NCBI GenBank assembly: GCA_905178155.1
Contig: CAJINV010000004.1
Location: 3,245,035-3,309,034 of the forward strand
DNA from: Amoebophrya sp. A120
Taxonomy: Eukaryota > Protista > Dinoflagellata
Direction of reading: 5' to 3'
DNA length: 64,000 nt
Below the pieces are notes generated by a model that was not told where the DNA came from, made no database searches, and worked only from the letters and a program-made list of their open reading frames with translations. The position numbers and the translations under genes were made by a program. Positions 48,901-59,424 of the stretch are shown piece after piece (the first letter of the stretch is position 1; each line of letters begins with the position of its first letter).

Positions 48901-50320
48901 GTGATGCTGTGTGGCGTATCATGAGGAGGCGACAATTGCTGGCTCAGCATGACAAGTTTCTGAGCTTCTATGTGTTGCCTATTCTGCATGACAAACTACG
49001 TTTCTGCATGACAGAAAAGTGGGGCTCTTTGGTAATGTGCATGACAGATTTAAGAGTCATGCCAGACAAGCATGACAAACATGCATTCTTCCAGATCCAG
49101 ACACTTTTACAGTTGATAACGCTGTCCAATCCCCCACGCAGTTGGTCCCGCAGTTTTGGCTCTGCGAGGCCCCGTGGCTGTAGGGGCAGGCGCTGCCGCC
49201 GTGCTGGGGGTACCGGTACACGTAGAAGGTGTATCCAAGAAAAAAAGCTGTGTTAGTGTAACTATCTTTGGCTGGCAGCATCACAAATTTGCTCTACATG
49301 ACAGAGAAAATCTGTCATGCGTGGCTTGTAAGGGAAAACACACATGAAAAGAGGACTTCATGGGTGTCTGGCATGACGGGCGTAACTCTGTTGCATGTTC
49401 TGCATTACAGAGTTACACTTACACAGTTTTTTTCTTGCATAAGGTACGGGACTGCTGCCCGTTGCTGCACGCACTCCACTATCAAATGCAAAAGTGTCTG
49501 GGTCCGGAAGGGTCATGCTGTTTTTGCATGACACAGAAGCTCTGGCGTGGAGGCTCTAGCATCACAGGTTCCGAGAAGCTTCCGCAATGCCGAATCCGCA
49601 TGACAAATCCCCCATTTTTTTTTGTGACAGAAAGTCAAAGTGGGCAACTTTTGCATTTGCTGCCTCTGCATGAGAGATTTTTCTCTGTTCTGAAATGCGC
49701 ATCACAAGTTTGTATTCTTCCACACCCCGACATGTTTGCAGTTCATATCCACCCGCCCCAGTAGTACCCGCAGTGTACCGGCGGGTAGTAGGTCGGCGTC
49801 GGGGCCGGGTTGGAGTACTTCGACCCGGGAAGCTTTCGCCGGGGATATTAAATGCAAAAGTGTCTGGGTCTGGAAACTTGTGATGCTGAGTGGCGTAGCA
49901 TGAGGAGGCCACAAGTGCTGGCTCAGCATGACAAATTTCTGAGCTTGTAGGTGTTGCCTATTCTGCATGACAAACTGCGTCTCCGCATGACAGAAAAAAA
50001 CGTCTCTTGGGCAATGTGCATCACAGATTCAAGAGTCTTGCCAGACAAGCATGACAAACTTGCATCCTTCCAGACCCAGACATTTTTACATTTGATAGGG
50101 GAGGTTGAGACACAAAGTCGTGTGTCCACCTCTCATGATCTCCATTCTCGTATTCATCTTCCAGCTCTGCTGCGGAGCCGAAGAATTCATCCTCTTCCTC
50201 GAATATTAAACTTCGATCAGGCGCAGGCACGGGCGCAGGTTGCACTTCATTTGAAGGAAATAAGTCCGCGGCCGCTGCCGAGCATAATCGAAGCAGCAGG
50301 CAAAAACGGAGAAACCACAT
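36936..50320 (-). CDS. large type I membrane adhesin/mucin: signal peptide, two TSP1 repeats, very long Thr/Ser stalk, cupredoxin/phytocyanin-like domain, TPR, TM helix, cytoplasmic tail; interrupted and possibly disabled
   Basis: MWFLRFCLLLRLCSAAAA; WGGWSAC..QSRTF..PQHGGSACP and CVGDWTAWTEC..RSRTY (TSP1); GVYFLTSSHGCELGHKLRVQV; YYDKALQLIPDF (TPR); TM FVILGGAGLVVLILLAVAV. Contains 10 introners, 1 GT-AG intron, a 4-kb insertion and a frameshift near 47245. Confidence 0.7.
39573..39636. repeat. 64-bp exon direct repeat, copy 1 (copies 2 and 3 at 41621-41684 and 43669-43732)
   Basis: Encodes QSVTTSVIVDFEFWSANSPAA; three copies exactly 2048 bp apart, differing at two synonymous sites. Confidence 0.95.
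39637..41620 (-). mobile_element. 1,984-bp insertion, probably a 5'-truncated non-LTR retroelement, copy 1
   Basis: ORF without ATG (40518-41609, Cys/His-rich, frameshifted tail to 40445); about 800-bp 3' region ending in a hairpin and (ATCTG)3; flanked by 64-bp direct repeats. Confidence 0.55.
41685..43668 (-). mobile_element. 1,984-bp insertion, tandem copy 2
   Basis: Appears identical to 39637-41620 (same ORF set shifted by 2048 bp). Confidence 0.55.
43981..44192. mobile_element. introner, family F (212 bp; left end CA)
   Basis: TIR (C/T)AT(C/G)CAAGAAAAAAACTGTGT; TSD TCCGG; restores LSP|EFSF. Confidence 0.9.
44530..44754. mobile_element. introner, family E (225 bp)
   Basis: TSD CGACG; frame restored within the Thr tract. 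Confidence 0.9.
45411..45719 (-). other. canonical GT-AG intron (about 309 bp)
   Basis: AGCA|GTGATT...CTATCAG|GC, phase 1; AT-rich; no TIR. Confidence 0.7.
45828..47030. mobile_element. long introner, family I (1,203 bp)
   Basis: About 85-bp imperfect TIR TATAGAGA(C/T)GAAA(T/A)AGGTG..GTTCTTATCCCTAA; TSD CGTCG; restores TTTT|LAPGET. Confidence 0.88.
47355..47504. mobile_element. introner, family B (150 bp)
   Basis: TSD ACTCG; frame restored. Confidence 0.9.
48072..48458. mobile_element. introner, family G/H-like, degenerate (387 bp)
   Basis: TATCC../..GGATA; TSD GCATC; restores YGDA|CPTT. Confidence 0.8.
48538..48808. mobile_element. introner, family A (271 bp)
   Basis: TSD GTAGG; restores RSRTY|QH. 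Confidence 0.92.
48867..49118. mobile_element. introner, family A (252 bp)
   Basis: TSD ACGCT; restores DWTA|WTEC. Confidence 0.92.
49232..49441. mobile_element. introner, family F (210 bp)
   Basis: TSD AGGTG/AGGTA; restores QSRT|FY. Confidence 0.9.
49480..49747. mobile_element. introner, family A (268 bp)
   Basis: TSD TCCAC; restores WGGW|SAC. Confidence 0.9.
49846..50097. mobile_element. introner, family A (252 bp)
   Basis: TSD GGGGA; close sister of the 48867 copy; frame restored. Confidence 0.92.
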
Positions 50321-51563
50321 CACGGAGAAAGACGAAGAACTGGTCGTCGTGCAGCTCCGGTATAATGCAGCCCGGGCTCTATAATTGCCCGTGGTGGTGG
50401 AGAGTGGGCCACGAGCCGGTTTCATCGCGTTCAATTCCGAAAAATGATGATGTGTCATGAATTCAATATGAAATTAATCAAGCAAAAAAAAAAAGAGCGA
50501 GATATTGTAAATTCGTGTGGGATGAAAGAGGCAATAGCAGTTAGCAAGTAAATATGAAATTAGCAATGTCTGTAGCAAATAAAGATGAACCCGCAATGGA
50601 AATGTAGCAGGCAATCAACTGATCGTATGAATGTTAATGGTAAGCAAAAGAAAAAGAAAGACATATGAAGGTTGCAAAATAAGTGTTCAACAATTGTTGA
50701 GAGATAAGCTCTAATCAGGGCCGTAAAACTCAGCTACTAAACACGAGCTCAACACAGACTGAGGGATGCAAAGAACCTTGGTATAACTACCTTTCACTTG
50801 CATCTTGCCCTTTGCATATTTTCAAAAAAAAAAAGCTGAAATGGGTATGGAAAGAATATGGGTACGTTAGTGAATGGGAGGAAATAAAAGGGGGGTCCGT
50901 CTGTAGGAACAGGTTTGGAAAAACCACGAAGAGATAATGAAGAATGAGCAATGACTGTAGCAGAAGGACAAAGAGTGCCAAAAATGGTAGAAAAATGCTT
51001 TATGTTCAGCTGCTGCTATTCAAGAATGCAACTACTGCCAACGACATAATCAACGATCAATGCGGGGATGCAGTCTGTATATGGATTTCTACGGTCTTGG
51101 CACAGATTCGTCACGGCGGACCGACCTTTATATCAAACTAACTCGAGCTCGTGAAGCACTGCACATCAATGACTGGCAATTATACCGAAATGGAGCGAGA
51201 AGGACAGAAATCACACCGATTCTCTTCTTTTCGCGAGTAGTAGCAGCAACCGAAAAAATATAGCGTGAAATAGCACTAGGCGCACTCGCAGCGTACATTC
51301 GTTCTTAATCTTATGCACATCACGACCGCGGGCAGTAATATATCGTGCATCACGTGCCTGCTACTCAGGCTTAGCTGCAGTTATCCTTTCTTTTGTCTAC
51401 TGCAAATTGGATTTTTACCACTGACAACGCAACATCATCTACTCGATGCCTAGTTTTCAAACAGCACTGGTGTCTGCAGGTCAGCGTCTAACGGTAAACT
51501 AAGTGTCGTTTGATGTTCAGCGATGGATAATTTCAAAGTTTGTGTCGGTACTTATCCCTCCAG

Positions 51564-52603
51564 TTACCGCTTGATGTTGCTGTCATCAGTTTCTAGCTCT
51601 ATTCCATCGCCATCCTCCTCCCCAGCGTCCCCGATAACCGCCTCGGCCATGAGCGCCCGCTGCCGGTCCGCCGCTTATCCGCTGCAAAAGTACTTATCGC
51701 ACCCGTAGTAATCGGAATGATGCATGACAGACTGATATTTTTTTCATCTTCTCCGCTGATTTCACATGACGAAGTCCATATTCCTTTCTGACAAAATTTG
51801 TATCTGCGATAACTACTGGTAAGTACGCTAGTACTTTTGCAAGAATGCATACCGCTGCGGTTATGACGACCGGGCACCACTTTTTCGACGCCTCGGCTTT
51901 TCCTAGTTCCGTCACGTCCTTGGAAAGTTCGTATTGCCGGAACACCGCGTTTCCCAGCAGTACCAGCCCCATATGCCTTGCAAATACGTCTGGGTCTGGA
52001 AGAGGACAAGTTTGTCATGCACATTTTCCATGATCTATGATGTCTATGATGTATGCGATAGCATCACAGATTTTTTAAGCGCTTATCGATGCGCACCCTG
52101 CATGACAAATGCCCTCTCCGCGTAGCCAAATTCTACTCCTCTTGCTGCTCATGCAATACAGATTTTTTTAGCATCCTAATGCAGCATCACAAGTTTGGAT
52201 CTTCCAGACCCAGACATATTTGCAATCCGTATCCCAAGCTCCCGTACAAAAACCGCCGAAACGGGTGGTTTGACACGCGGAACACGCCGAACCGCGTTTT
52301 CTGTCCGCAAAAAAAGTCCTCGTCGATTTTCGCGGCCTTCAAGGCGACGGACTTCGGGGGCCGGTACTTTTGCAAGTCCGCAGAAAAGGTGGTACTGGAA
52401 AGAACCAGGGCGGACGTTCTTGATGAAGCTGGTGGGTGGGAAGGAGCATCAAGTTGTGTTGCTGGCTGCAGAAATGGAAGCGGTGCTGGTGCAATAGATG
52501 TGGTTCCTGCAGCAGTTGATGCACTGCTTCCTAAAGTTCTGATATCCTGCTCCTGGCTTTCCCGCGCATGATTCGTGTAGTCGTTCCCCTTCTTGGTCAT
52601 CAT
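51564..52603 (-). CDS. small single-TM protein, weakly reminiscent of NDUFA13/GRIM-19-like mitochondrial subunits; 3 exons
   Basis: Frame continuous after removing 2 introners: ..TRFGVFRVSNHPFRRFLYGSLGLVLLGNAVF..WCPVVITAAADRQRALMAE..; the family call is weak. Confidence 0.5.
51676..51851. mobile_element. introner, family B (176 bp)
   Basis: TSD CCGCT; frame restored. Confidence 0.88.
51972..52231. mobile_element. introner, family A (260 bp)
   Basis: TSD CCCCA/TCCCA; frame restored. Confidence 0.88.
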
Positions 52604-52820
52604 GGCCGCACTCGCGAGAGGAACGCTCCGAACGGAAACGTTGGAGTTGTTTTCATCCTTTCCAGGCCTGTCGAGCGGTGGCGCCCGCTCACCTCTTTTA
52701 AAGTTTCTTGTTTTTCTCTTCTATAATAGCACAATATCGTTCAAGTAGAAGGTACAAATGGAACTAAATCTGAAACTGAGGAGGCATTGAAGCACTTTGT
52801 CGAGGGTCACGAACATGACC

Positions 52821-54948
52821 TTAACGCTTAACGCAGGAGCAAGAACAGTTCAAATACGTCAGGCAAATACTTTGTAAAAGCGGTTCTGGTATCTCGATAC
52901 CGCGAGCAGCTCCGCCACCACCAGCACCACTTTCTGCCGCCTCCTGCGGGGGTGCCAGAGGGTTCACTAAAACGATATTCCCGTCCGCGTCTAGCTTCGT
53001 GTTTGGCTTCAAGCCAAACAAGGCACGGAACCCGGGCTGCCGCATCAGGGCAGCCAGGCCGATGCCGGACACCACGTTGCTGCAACAGTAGAGGTTGAAG
53101 CCGGCGGAAAAATACGCGGTGACCGGGAGCGTGACGGCGCCGATGACAAACGAGGTCAAGTGCAGCACCCGCCGGGTTTTCGCGTCCGCGACATAACTCG
53201 CCGAAATCTTCACGGCCGCCATGGTGAGAAAGGTGGTCAGGAAGGGCAACACCGTGTAGCAGTCCGGCAGATTCAAGTCTTGGCACCACAGGAACCCCTC
53301 GACGTTCCAGCTGGGGGAAAACCGTGGTGTCATGTTGCGGAACGCAAAAAACATGCTCATGTGGAAGGGGCTTAGCAGCAGCATGCCGAGAATGGGCCGC
53401 ATTTGGGCGACCCAGGGGTTCGGATATCCTGTGTAAAAACGTCCCCACACCATAGTTGTCATGGAAATCTGCATGCTTAAAATGTTTATCATGCGGAGCC
53501 CCATGAGAAGCAGTTTCTAATGGTGTTTCGAAATTTGTCATGCTCCAATCAGCATGAGAGACTAGATCTGTAATGCTGCTGAACTAGCTCAAACAGCACT
53601 ACACTACGCGTCCAAATTTGTCATGCGAAACAGCCAAAGCTTGTGGATTTGTCTAGCCGATTCCCCATCTTGACTATGGGGTGGGTACGTTTTTACATAG
53701 GATATCGGAATGTCCAGCTTCTTTGCCACCGCTTTGTACTCCTTCACGAACCGTTCGCTGTCGAGCGGGAACTTCTGCCGCAGCTATCCTGTGCAAAAGC
53801 ATCGCACTCGTATTGCAATCATGCATTACAAATCTTTTTTTTATAAGTAAATCAGCATTAGAAATTTTATTTCTCATGCTGAGAAAATTTGTAATGCATT
53901 TCTACGAGTACGTTACTTTTGCAATGCATAGCAGCTCCTGCGCCGCAACGGACAGCTCGAGGAGTTTCGGACTGTCTCGTTGCATCCGTTTCTGGATGGC
54001 CAGCTGGGCGGGCAGGTGCACCGCCGCTTTCAACACCCAGGGCACCACCAGCGTGACGGCGACCCAACTCAGGTTCAGATCGTCGTGCAGCAGTTGCAGA
54101 AATTCGTGAACCACGTCCACAGGTGTGTAGAGCAGGGTGGAGAGGAAGGAAGTGGAAGAACTTGTTGACGCACTAGATGAACAAGCCGCTTCGACCGTCG
54201 ATGCTATGGCGTCTGTGGTAGAAGAAGTACCTCCTGCGGCTGCAGCAAGCTGCTGGTCCTGTGCGGCAGCTCCTGCGTGCAGTAGGAGGTCGTGGTGATC
54301 TGCGGACATTATAGCGGGCACCGGTGTCGTGGCACTTGCAACGTCAAACAGCTCCTCGTGGTAGGTACTGGCGCTGCTGTCAACTATGCCTGCATCCTCC
54401 GCAACTGCAGCTCCGTTCCCTGCAGCTGCCGATGTGGTTGCAAAGCTTCGACTTCGAGAATAACGCGATATTGATACACGACTGCCACCTACTACAGGTG
54501 CATTCGTTACAGATCTTGATTGAGCGCCATTCCTGAGCGCGAGCAATCGCGTGGAGGTCCACCCCGGACAGAAGCTAGTAGTCTTGCGCGGAGATCCTTG
54601 ATAGTACAACGAATCAGCAATCTTTCTGACTCCGCAAGACGAACCGCTGATAGACCGGTGCTGAAAAAGCAACATTGACGCCCGGTCCTCTGCAAATGAG
54701 GCTGCTACGCCCCTCTGCGCAAATGCTGTACCGCTACCGGACCGTGGCAGATTCGGCCCGCAGCTTGATGCTCGGAGCGTTGTCGACAACGAGGGCAGGC
54801 GTTTCGGTTGAGGTTGTAGCAGGGAGGCATAAGAAGAAGCACCACGAGCAGTCGCTCTCGTTGTCATCATGCTTTGAACCGAAGCCTCGCGCGTCAACAC
54901 GAACCGCTGCCCGGCAGCACCCGGTAGCATGTGGAGAGTCGTGGTCAT
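52821..54948 (-). CDS. mitochondrial Oxa1/Cox18 (YidC-family) membrane insertase; 3 exons
   Basis: Arg/Ser-rich presequence; LLHDDLNLSW..VLKAAVHLP; SMFFAFRNM; EGFLWCQDLNLPDCYTVLP; FSAGFNLYCCSN. Confidence 0.85.
53425..53704. mobile_element. introner, family G (280 bp)
   Basis: TIR TATCCT(G/A)TGTAAAAACGT(C/A)CCCAC; TSD TCGGA; frame restored. Confidence 0.92.
53785..53930. mobile_element. introner, family B (146 bp)
   Basis: TSD GCAGC; restores QEL|RQKF. Confidence 0.92.
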
Positions 54949-55472
54949 GGCCTTCTTATCGAGATTAGAATCCTCACATCGTGTTGAGATTCTACTTTCA
55001 ATTTTACTTGCGATAAGTATCTTATCAGCAGGAAAAGACCGACTTGGCTCGTCTCACTCGTGAAACTGAAACACAAAAAAAAACCCCGGTTGCCATAGAT
55101 TCGGTCTGTGCAAGAATCTTCGCCTTGGAAATAAATGGTGTCGCTATTTCCGACACATATGTGACGCGATCTTCTTAAGACCATAAGATTGCGCATGCGA
55201 ATGCGTCGAGGATCAAAACAAGAAATGTCGACATGTGCCTTGAGCTTTGGAAGAAACTTGTGAAAAGAGATCGCTGTGACGTTTGATCCGGTAATGTAGT
55301 ACTCGAGGAACTCAAGTGTTGTTAATAGAGCGAACAAAGTCCAACAGCAGACGAACTCTACTTAGTTGACCTGAAAACAAATAAGACAACAGATCCCATC
55401 GTATTGAACAGCGGAACATCAAAATCGAGGCCCGGGTCGTAGTGTATGAAGCAAACTGCGTAGACCGAATGT

Positions 55473-55751
55473 ACGCAAATCGCCATGAGGAACTCGCATG
55501 ATGTAGAAGATGTACACGCGTGTGGATACCGGAATCGAAACATCCACAAATAACAGGCACGAAGCGTCGATCTTTTTGCCATCAAAGAGCTCCCTCTATC
55601 CGAGGGTCTTCACTTCATTTTGTAGGTACGATCAAAAGTCAATTTTTACAAGCGTTTATTTGGTCATTTACAATCCTTCGGGGAATAAAATTCGAGTCCT
55701 TCGCAAAATTGCAATTCATCGCTCCACCGTGTTCAAATAGGGTATAGTTTA
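55473..55751. repeat. dispersed intergenic repeat, copy 1
   Basis: Shares ACACGCGTGT(G/A)GATACCGG..GGAATCGAAACATCCACA..GGGAATAAAATTCGAGTCCTTCGCAAAATTGCAATTCATCGCTCCACCGTG with 63649-63905 and in part with 62688-62772. Confidence 0.9.
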
Positions 55752-55793
55752 CGCATACCTGTTTATCTTGTATACATTTCATTTTCGTTGCTT

Positions 55794-58700
55794 TATAGTG
55801 GCGGCAGAAGCTTATTTTTTGGAAAATTAAAAAAAACATTGGGTGTCATAGATACTGGCCGCGGAGAGCACCACCACCGCCACGTGTGTCGAGCGTGCTC
55901 GGCTGCGGCGCCTGTGCAGCCGCGGTTGGAATTGATCGGAGAAAAAGAAGGTCGGGCGCCTGGTTGACATAAATGATAGGGCTGGGGGGCTGAACCTTAC
56001 GAAGTGCACTGCACTCGCGGGCCCTGGCTCTAGCTCGATGCCCCGCCGAGGCCTGCGCCGATAGTAGTGGGGCCGCCGGCAAGCGGGCCCTGGTGGCATG
56101 CTTGCCAGTGGCTTCGCGTGTGTGTTTTGGCAGCGCGCCGGGCAGCAGGATGGGCCGGGGAGATGTGGCGAGGAGAAGCATTTCCGTGCCAGGCTTGTGA
56201 AAAGGCCTCGCTTAATGGCCGCGGGAAAATAACAACGCGCCCCGGGCTGCTAGGAGGGTGCGCTTTTTGCCTCCCGCAGCCCTTTCTGAAGCGTCGCCCG
56301 GCGGCTCTTGCTGCTTTTCTACCAGCTCTGGTGGCTGGCCCTTGGAGGGGCGATCGCTGGCGCGCCGGGGTTTCAGAGGGGCCGCGAAAGGGTCACCGCA
56401 CCGGCTGGAGAACATGAAAAAAGCCCCGGAAACGTGCGGCGGCCAAAAACCGCGCCCGTTTTGAAACCTGGGAGCAAGAGCGCCTGCCGCCGGAGTACCA
56501 CAACCAAACTCCGGGCTGGAGGGGCGGAAACTCTTGGTCGCTGCGGCTGTGTCACTCCCGCCCCGGCCCCTGGAGGGGGCGTGGCAAGCGATTGGCCCGA
56601 CCGAATGTCCGCCGCCCAGCGCACCCCCAAAGCGCGGGGCCTTTGCCTCTTTTGGAGGGGCATGAAACGGCACAAAGCGGACTGCCCCTCCTGCGTGCGT
56701 TATGCCCCGCAAGGGCAGTGGGGGTTCGCAGAGTAAGCCAGGCCAGAAGGGCTTCATTGATCGCCAAAAGCGCCGCCAGCCCCGTCCCTTTCCTTTTTGC
56801 CGCGCCATACTCGGATCGGGACAAAGCACGTGGCCGAACACTACCCGCCCGACCAGTCCTACCGACTACGCCCAGTCGGGCACCTTCAACGAGGGCCAAG
56901 GACAGGGCGACGCAGATGCGCACCCACGGCCAAGGAAGGGAGCGCGCGACCGCAAAGAAACGGCCGCCCACCCCTTCTGCGTGTTATCTCCGAGGCGCGT
57001 CCCTAGCCCGCCCGCCCGCGGAAACCCGGGGAAGCGGCAGGGCCCCGGTCGCACCAAACGGGCGAAAACCCCTCCCCCACCCGAGCATGCGCCGGCGGCG
57101 AGAGGAGGGGGAGCAACCTGAGCAGAACTTGTTGGGCCCCCTCTTCCGACAGCCCGGAAGCTGGCCGCCTTAAATGGGCAAGGGTTTCGTGGAACGGCGC
57201 GCGCCGAGCACCCCGAACCCGGGTGGCACGCTTGTCGCCTCGACGGAGCTTCGGTTGGGAGGCTCCCCAACGGAAATGTGAGCCGGGCAACCGGGAACAC
57301 CTGCCGGGGTAGGCTAAAGAGGCACCCCCCCAAAGTGGGCCCGTAGCATGCGGGGTCGCTCTTGCTTAGGGCCACTTTTGGAGACCCTATCCGGGCACCC
57401 CCGTCCGCGGGGCCCGGGGGGGCCCCGAAGTGGAAAACCAGTTGCGGCAAGGGCGGTCACGCAGCACGCGCCCCACATGCGCCCCGGAGCGGCCGCGGGG
57501 CTGCGCAGCTGCCCGGGAGCTTGGCTCCGATTGCCCCGGCAAGCAAGAGCGCCGGCGGTCCTGGCGCCCCAAGCGCGTTGGCTTCTGGTTTTGGCGCCAT
57601 GCGCCCCTCGGTCTGGCCGAAGGAAAACAGCGACAACAAGCACGGCCCACAGCATGCCGGTAGTGTTTTCCCCTGGAAATTGGTCCGCGTCCGCCCTGCA
57701 TTGCCAGCCGGCCGGCTTCGCAATGTTGGCAGGGCGGCGCGCCGAAAGAGTAAGGCGGCCGTGGCGGTCCTGGTGTTTTTGGCATCCTCTAAAAGGGCCC
57801 CGGGCGCCGCGCACCTCTGCGCCCTACCTACTGCGCAAGCGCTGTGGATTTCGGCTCGGGCCAGGAAAGCAGTGGGGCGGCGGAGCCAGGCCTAATCCTT
57901 TCCGCCGTATATTTTTCAGGAAATCGGCCCAAGGCACGGCGGTCGGCCGAGGGGGCTTTTCAGGTTGTAGCCCGCCCGGGCTGGGGCCACTAGAGCACGG
58001 CGCGCCGCGGTCGGGCCCCCCTTACGCGGGCCGTCTGATCAGTTCCCCACCTGCAAAAAGGGGGGCCCGGGTGCCCCGCTGTGTTGCCCAGCGCGGCGGC
58101 GCTTGTACTCTGGCCTCCAAACGTGCTGGCAGTGTCGGCGGGCGGTTGTTTTCCGCGAAATTGGTATCCGAAATGCCGCCGGGTAATTCTTGCAAGGAAT
58201 CCCGCGACTTGGCGGAAGCGCGCTAGGGGGCGGCTTGGGAGGTGTAACCAAACCGCAGGCGCCTTGGCTGGGATGGAGCCACGTCTCCGCCCGCTTTGCA
58301 GGAATGGGGCTGCTCGAAAAGAGCGAGTGTCGCGCGGTTGGAGAATTGTGGTCAGCCGAGCAGGGGTCGTGGGCGGCGGCCGAGGGGTGTTGCGGCTCCT
58401 CGCCGGGCAATCAGGGATGGGCATTGCGGCCGATGATGCCGCCTGACCGGGGCGCAGGAGCATGGCCCCGGGGCATCTGGTGCGGCGCAAGGCGCTCGCC
58501 CATTCCACATCACGCCGTGCCTTTGGGTTGGCCAGATTCGGCCGCGCCTGCCGGGCCTCCGCCTGCCCCGACCAAATTCGGAGCGGCGCAGACCTGGCGG
58601 GATTGGCCCGTCTAGGGGTCAACGACGGGCCCGGCTCCCTGCCCACGATGCCCGCTCTAGCGTGCGCGGACGTTAAAGTTGACGTGACCTTTCGCGCCTT

Positions 58701-58902
58701 CTGCTAGGGGTTCTGCGGTGGTGTGATGTGTTTGACTTTGCGGCAGCACGGCAGAGCAAACTGGGTAAGCGTTGCGCTGGCGTGGGTCTTACGCCGTCCT
58801 GAGTCCAGAAGCGTGATGATTCGGCTGGGCTGCGGGGCCCACGATAAAGCCACCCAATATTTTTTTTAATTTTCGCAAAAATAAGCTTCTGCCGCCGCTA
58901 TA
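55794..58902. mobile_element. 3,109-bp intergenic TIR DNA transposon with introner-type termini and a degenerate GC-rich interior
   Basis: 52-bp TIR TATAG(T/C)GGCGGCAGAAGCTTATTTTT..GAAAATTAAAAAAAA(C/T)ATTGGGTG; TSD TGCTT at 55789-55793 and 58903-58907; abrupt shift to GC-rich sequence inside. Confidence 0.9.
57300..58700 (-). pseudogene. possible decayed IS630/Tc1-like DDE transposase
   Basis: Weak motif remnants in the expected order across frameshifts: RRHFGYQFRGK, FLQVG/TDQT, NFQGKTL..CLLSLF; not verified by any search. Confidence 0.3.
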
Positions 58903-59424
58903 TGCTTTAGTTTGGTTTTACAACTTTTTACAGAGTAGACAAATTTTCGGTAGGCACAACAAAACCAGCAGCATTCCCAACAGCATCAAAACCGGTCGCG
59001 TTACGTCAGAAGAAAGAAGCTCGAGGATGCTGATGCTGTTGTCATATCTCCCGCCTCGCAGATTCGTTTTTTGTGCGTTCTGTTGGACGGCTTGTTTCTC
59101 ATGATTCTCGCTTGCAGCTGCTTGTGGCCGCCCTGGTGGGGGTACTTCTTCTTCTTCTTCCGGGTTGCTTTTTACAGTAGTCGACGGTCTTTTGGGTGCA
59201 CGAGCAATCCAACTGTCGTATTCTGGAATACTCCTTCCCGTCGCAGAAGCGGAAGTCCGCGAGGAACCTGGTAGTGGCTCCCCTATCCGAGGAAAAAAGT
59301 GTTACATACAAAGACAAACTCGTAGTTGCACAATTTCGCATCACGATCATAAGTAGGCTTGTCCTGCACAATAAAGAAGATCATACAAAAAAGCATGCAT
59401 TAAACGAGGCCCGCAAGCTGAACG

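Noticed and set aside
55660-55705. tRNA gene suggested by TTCGAGTCC
   Set aside because: No cloverleaf or acceptor stem could be built.
56067-58707. Numerous 100-290 aa ORFs on both strands as intact genes
   Set aside because: Expected by chance in GC-rich sequence; none shows an intact domain, only possible remnants.
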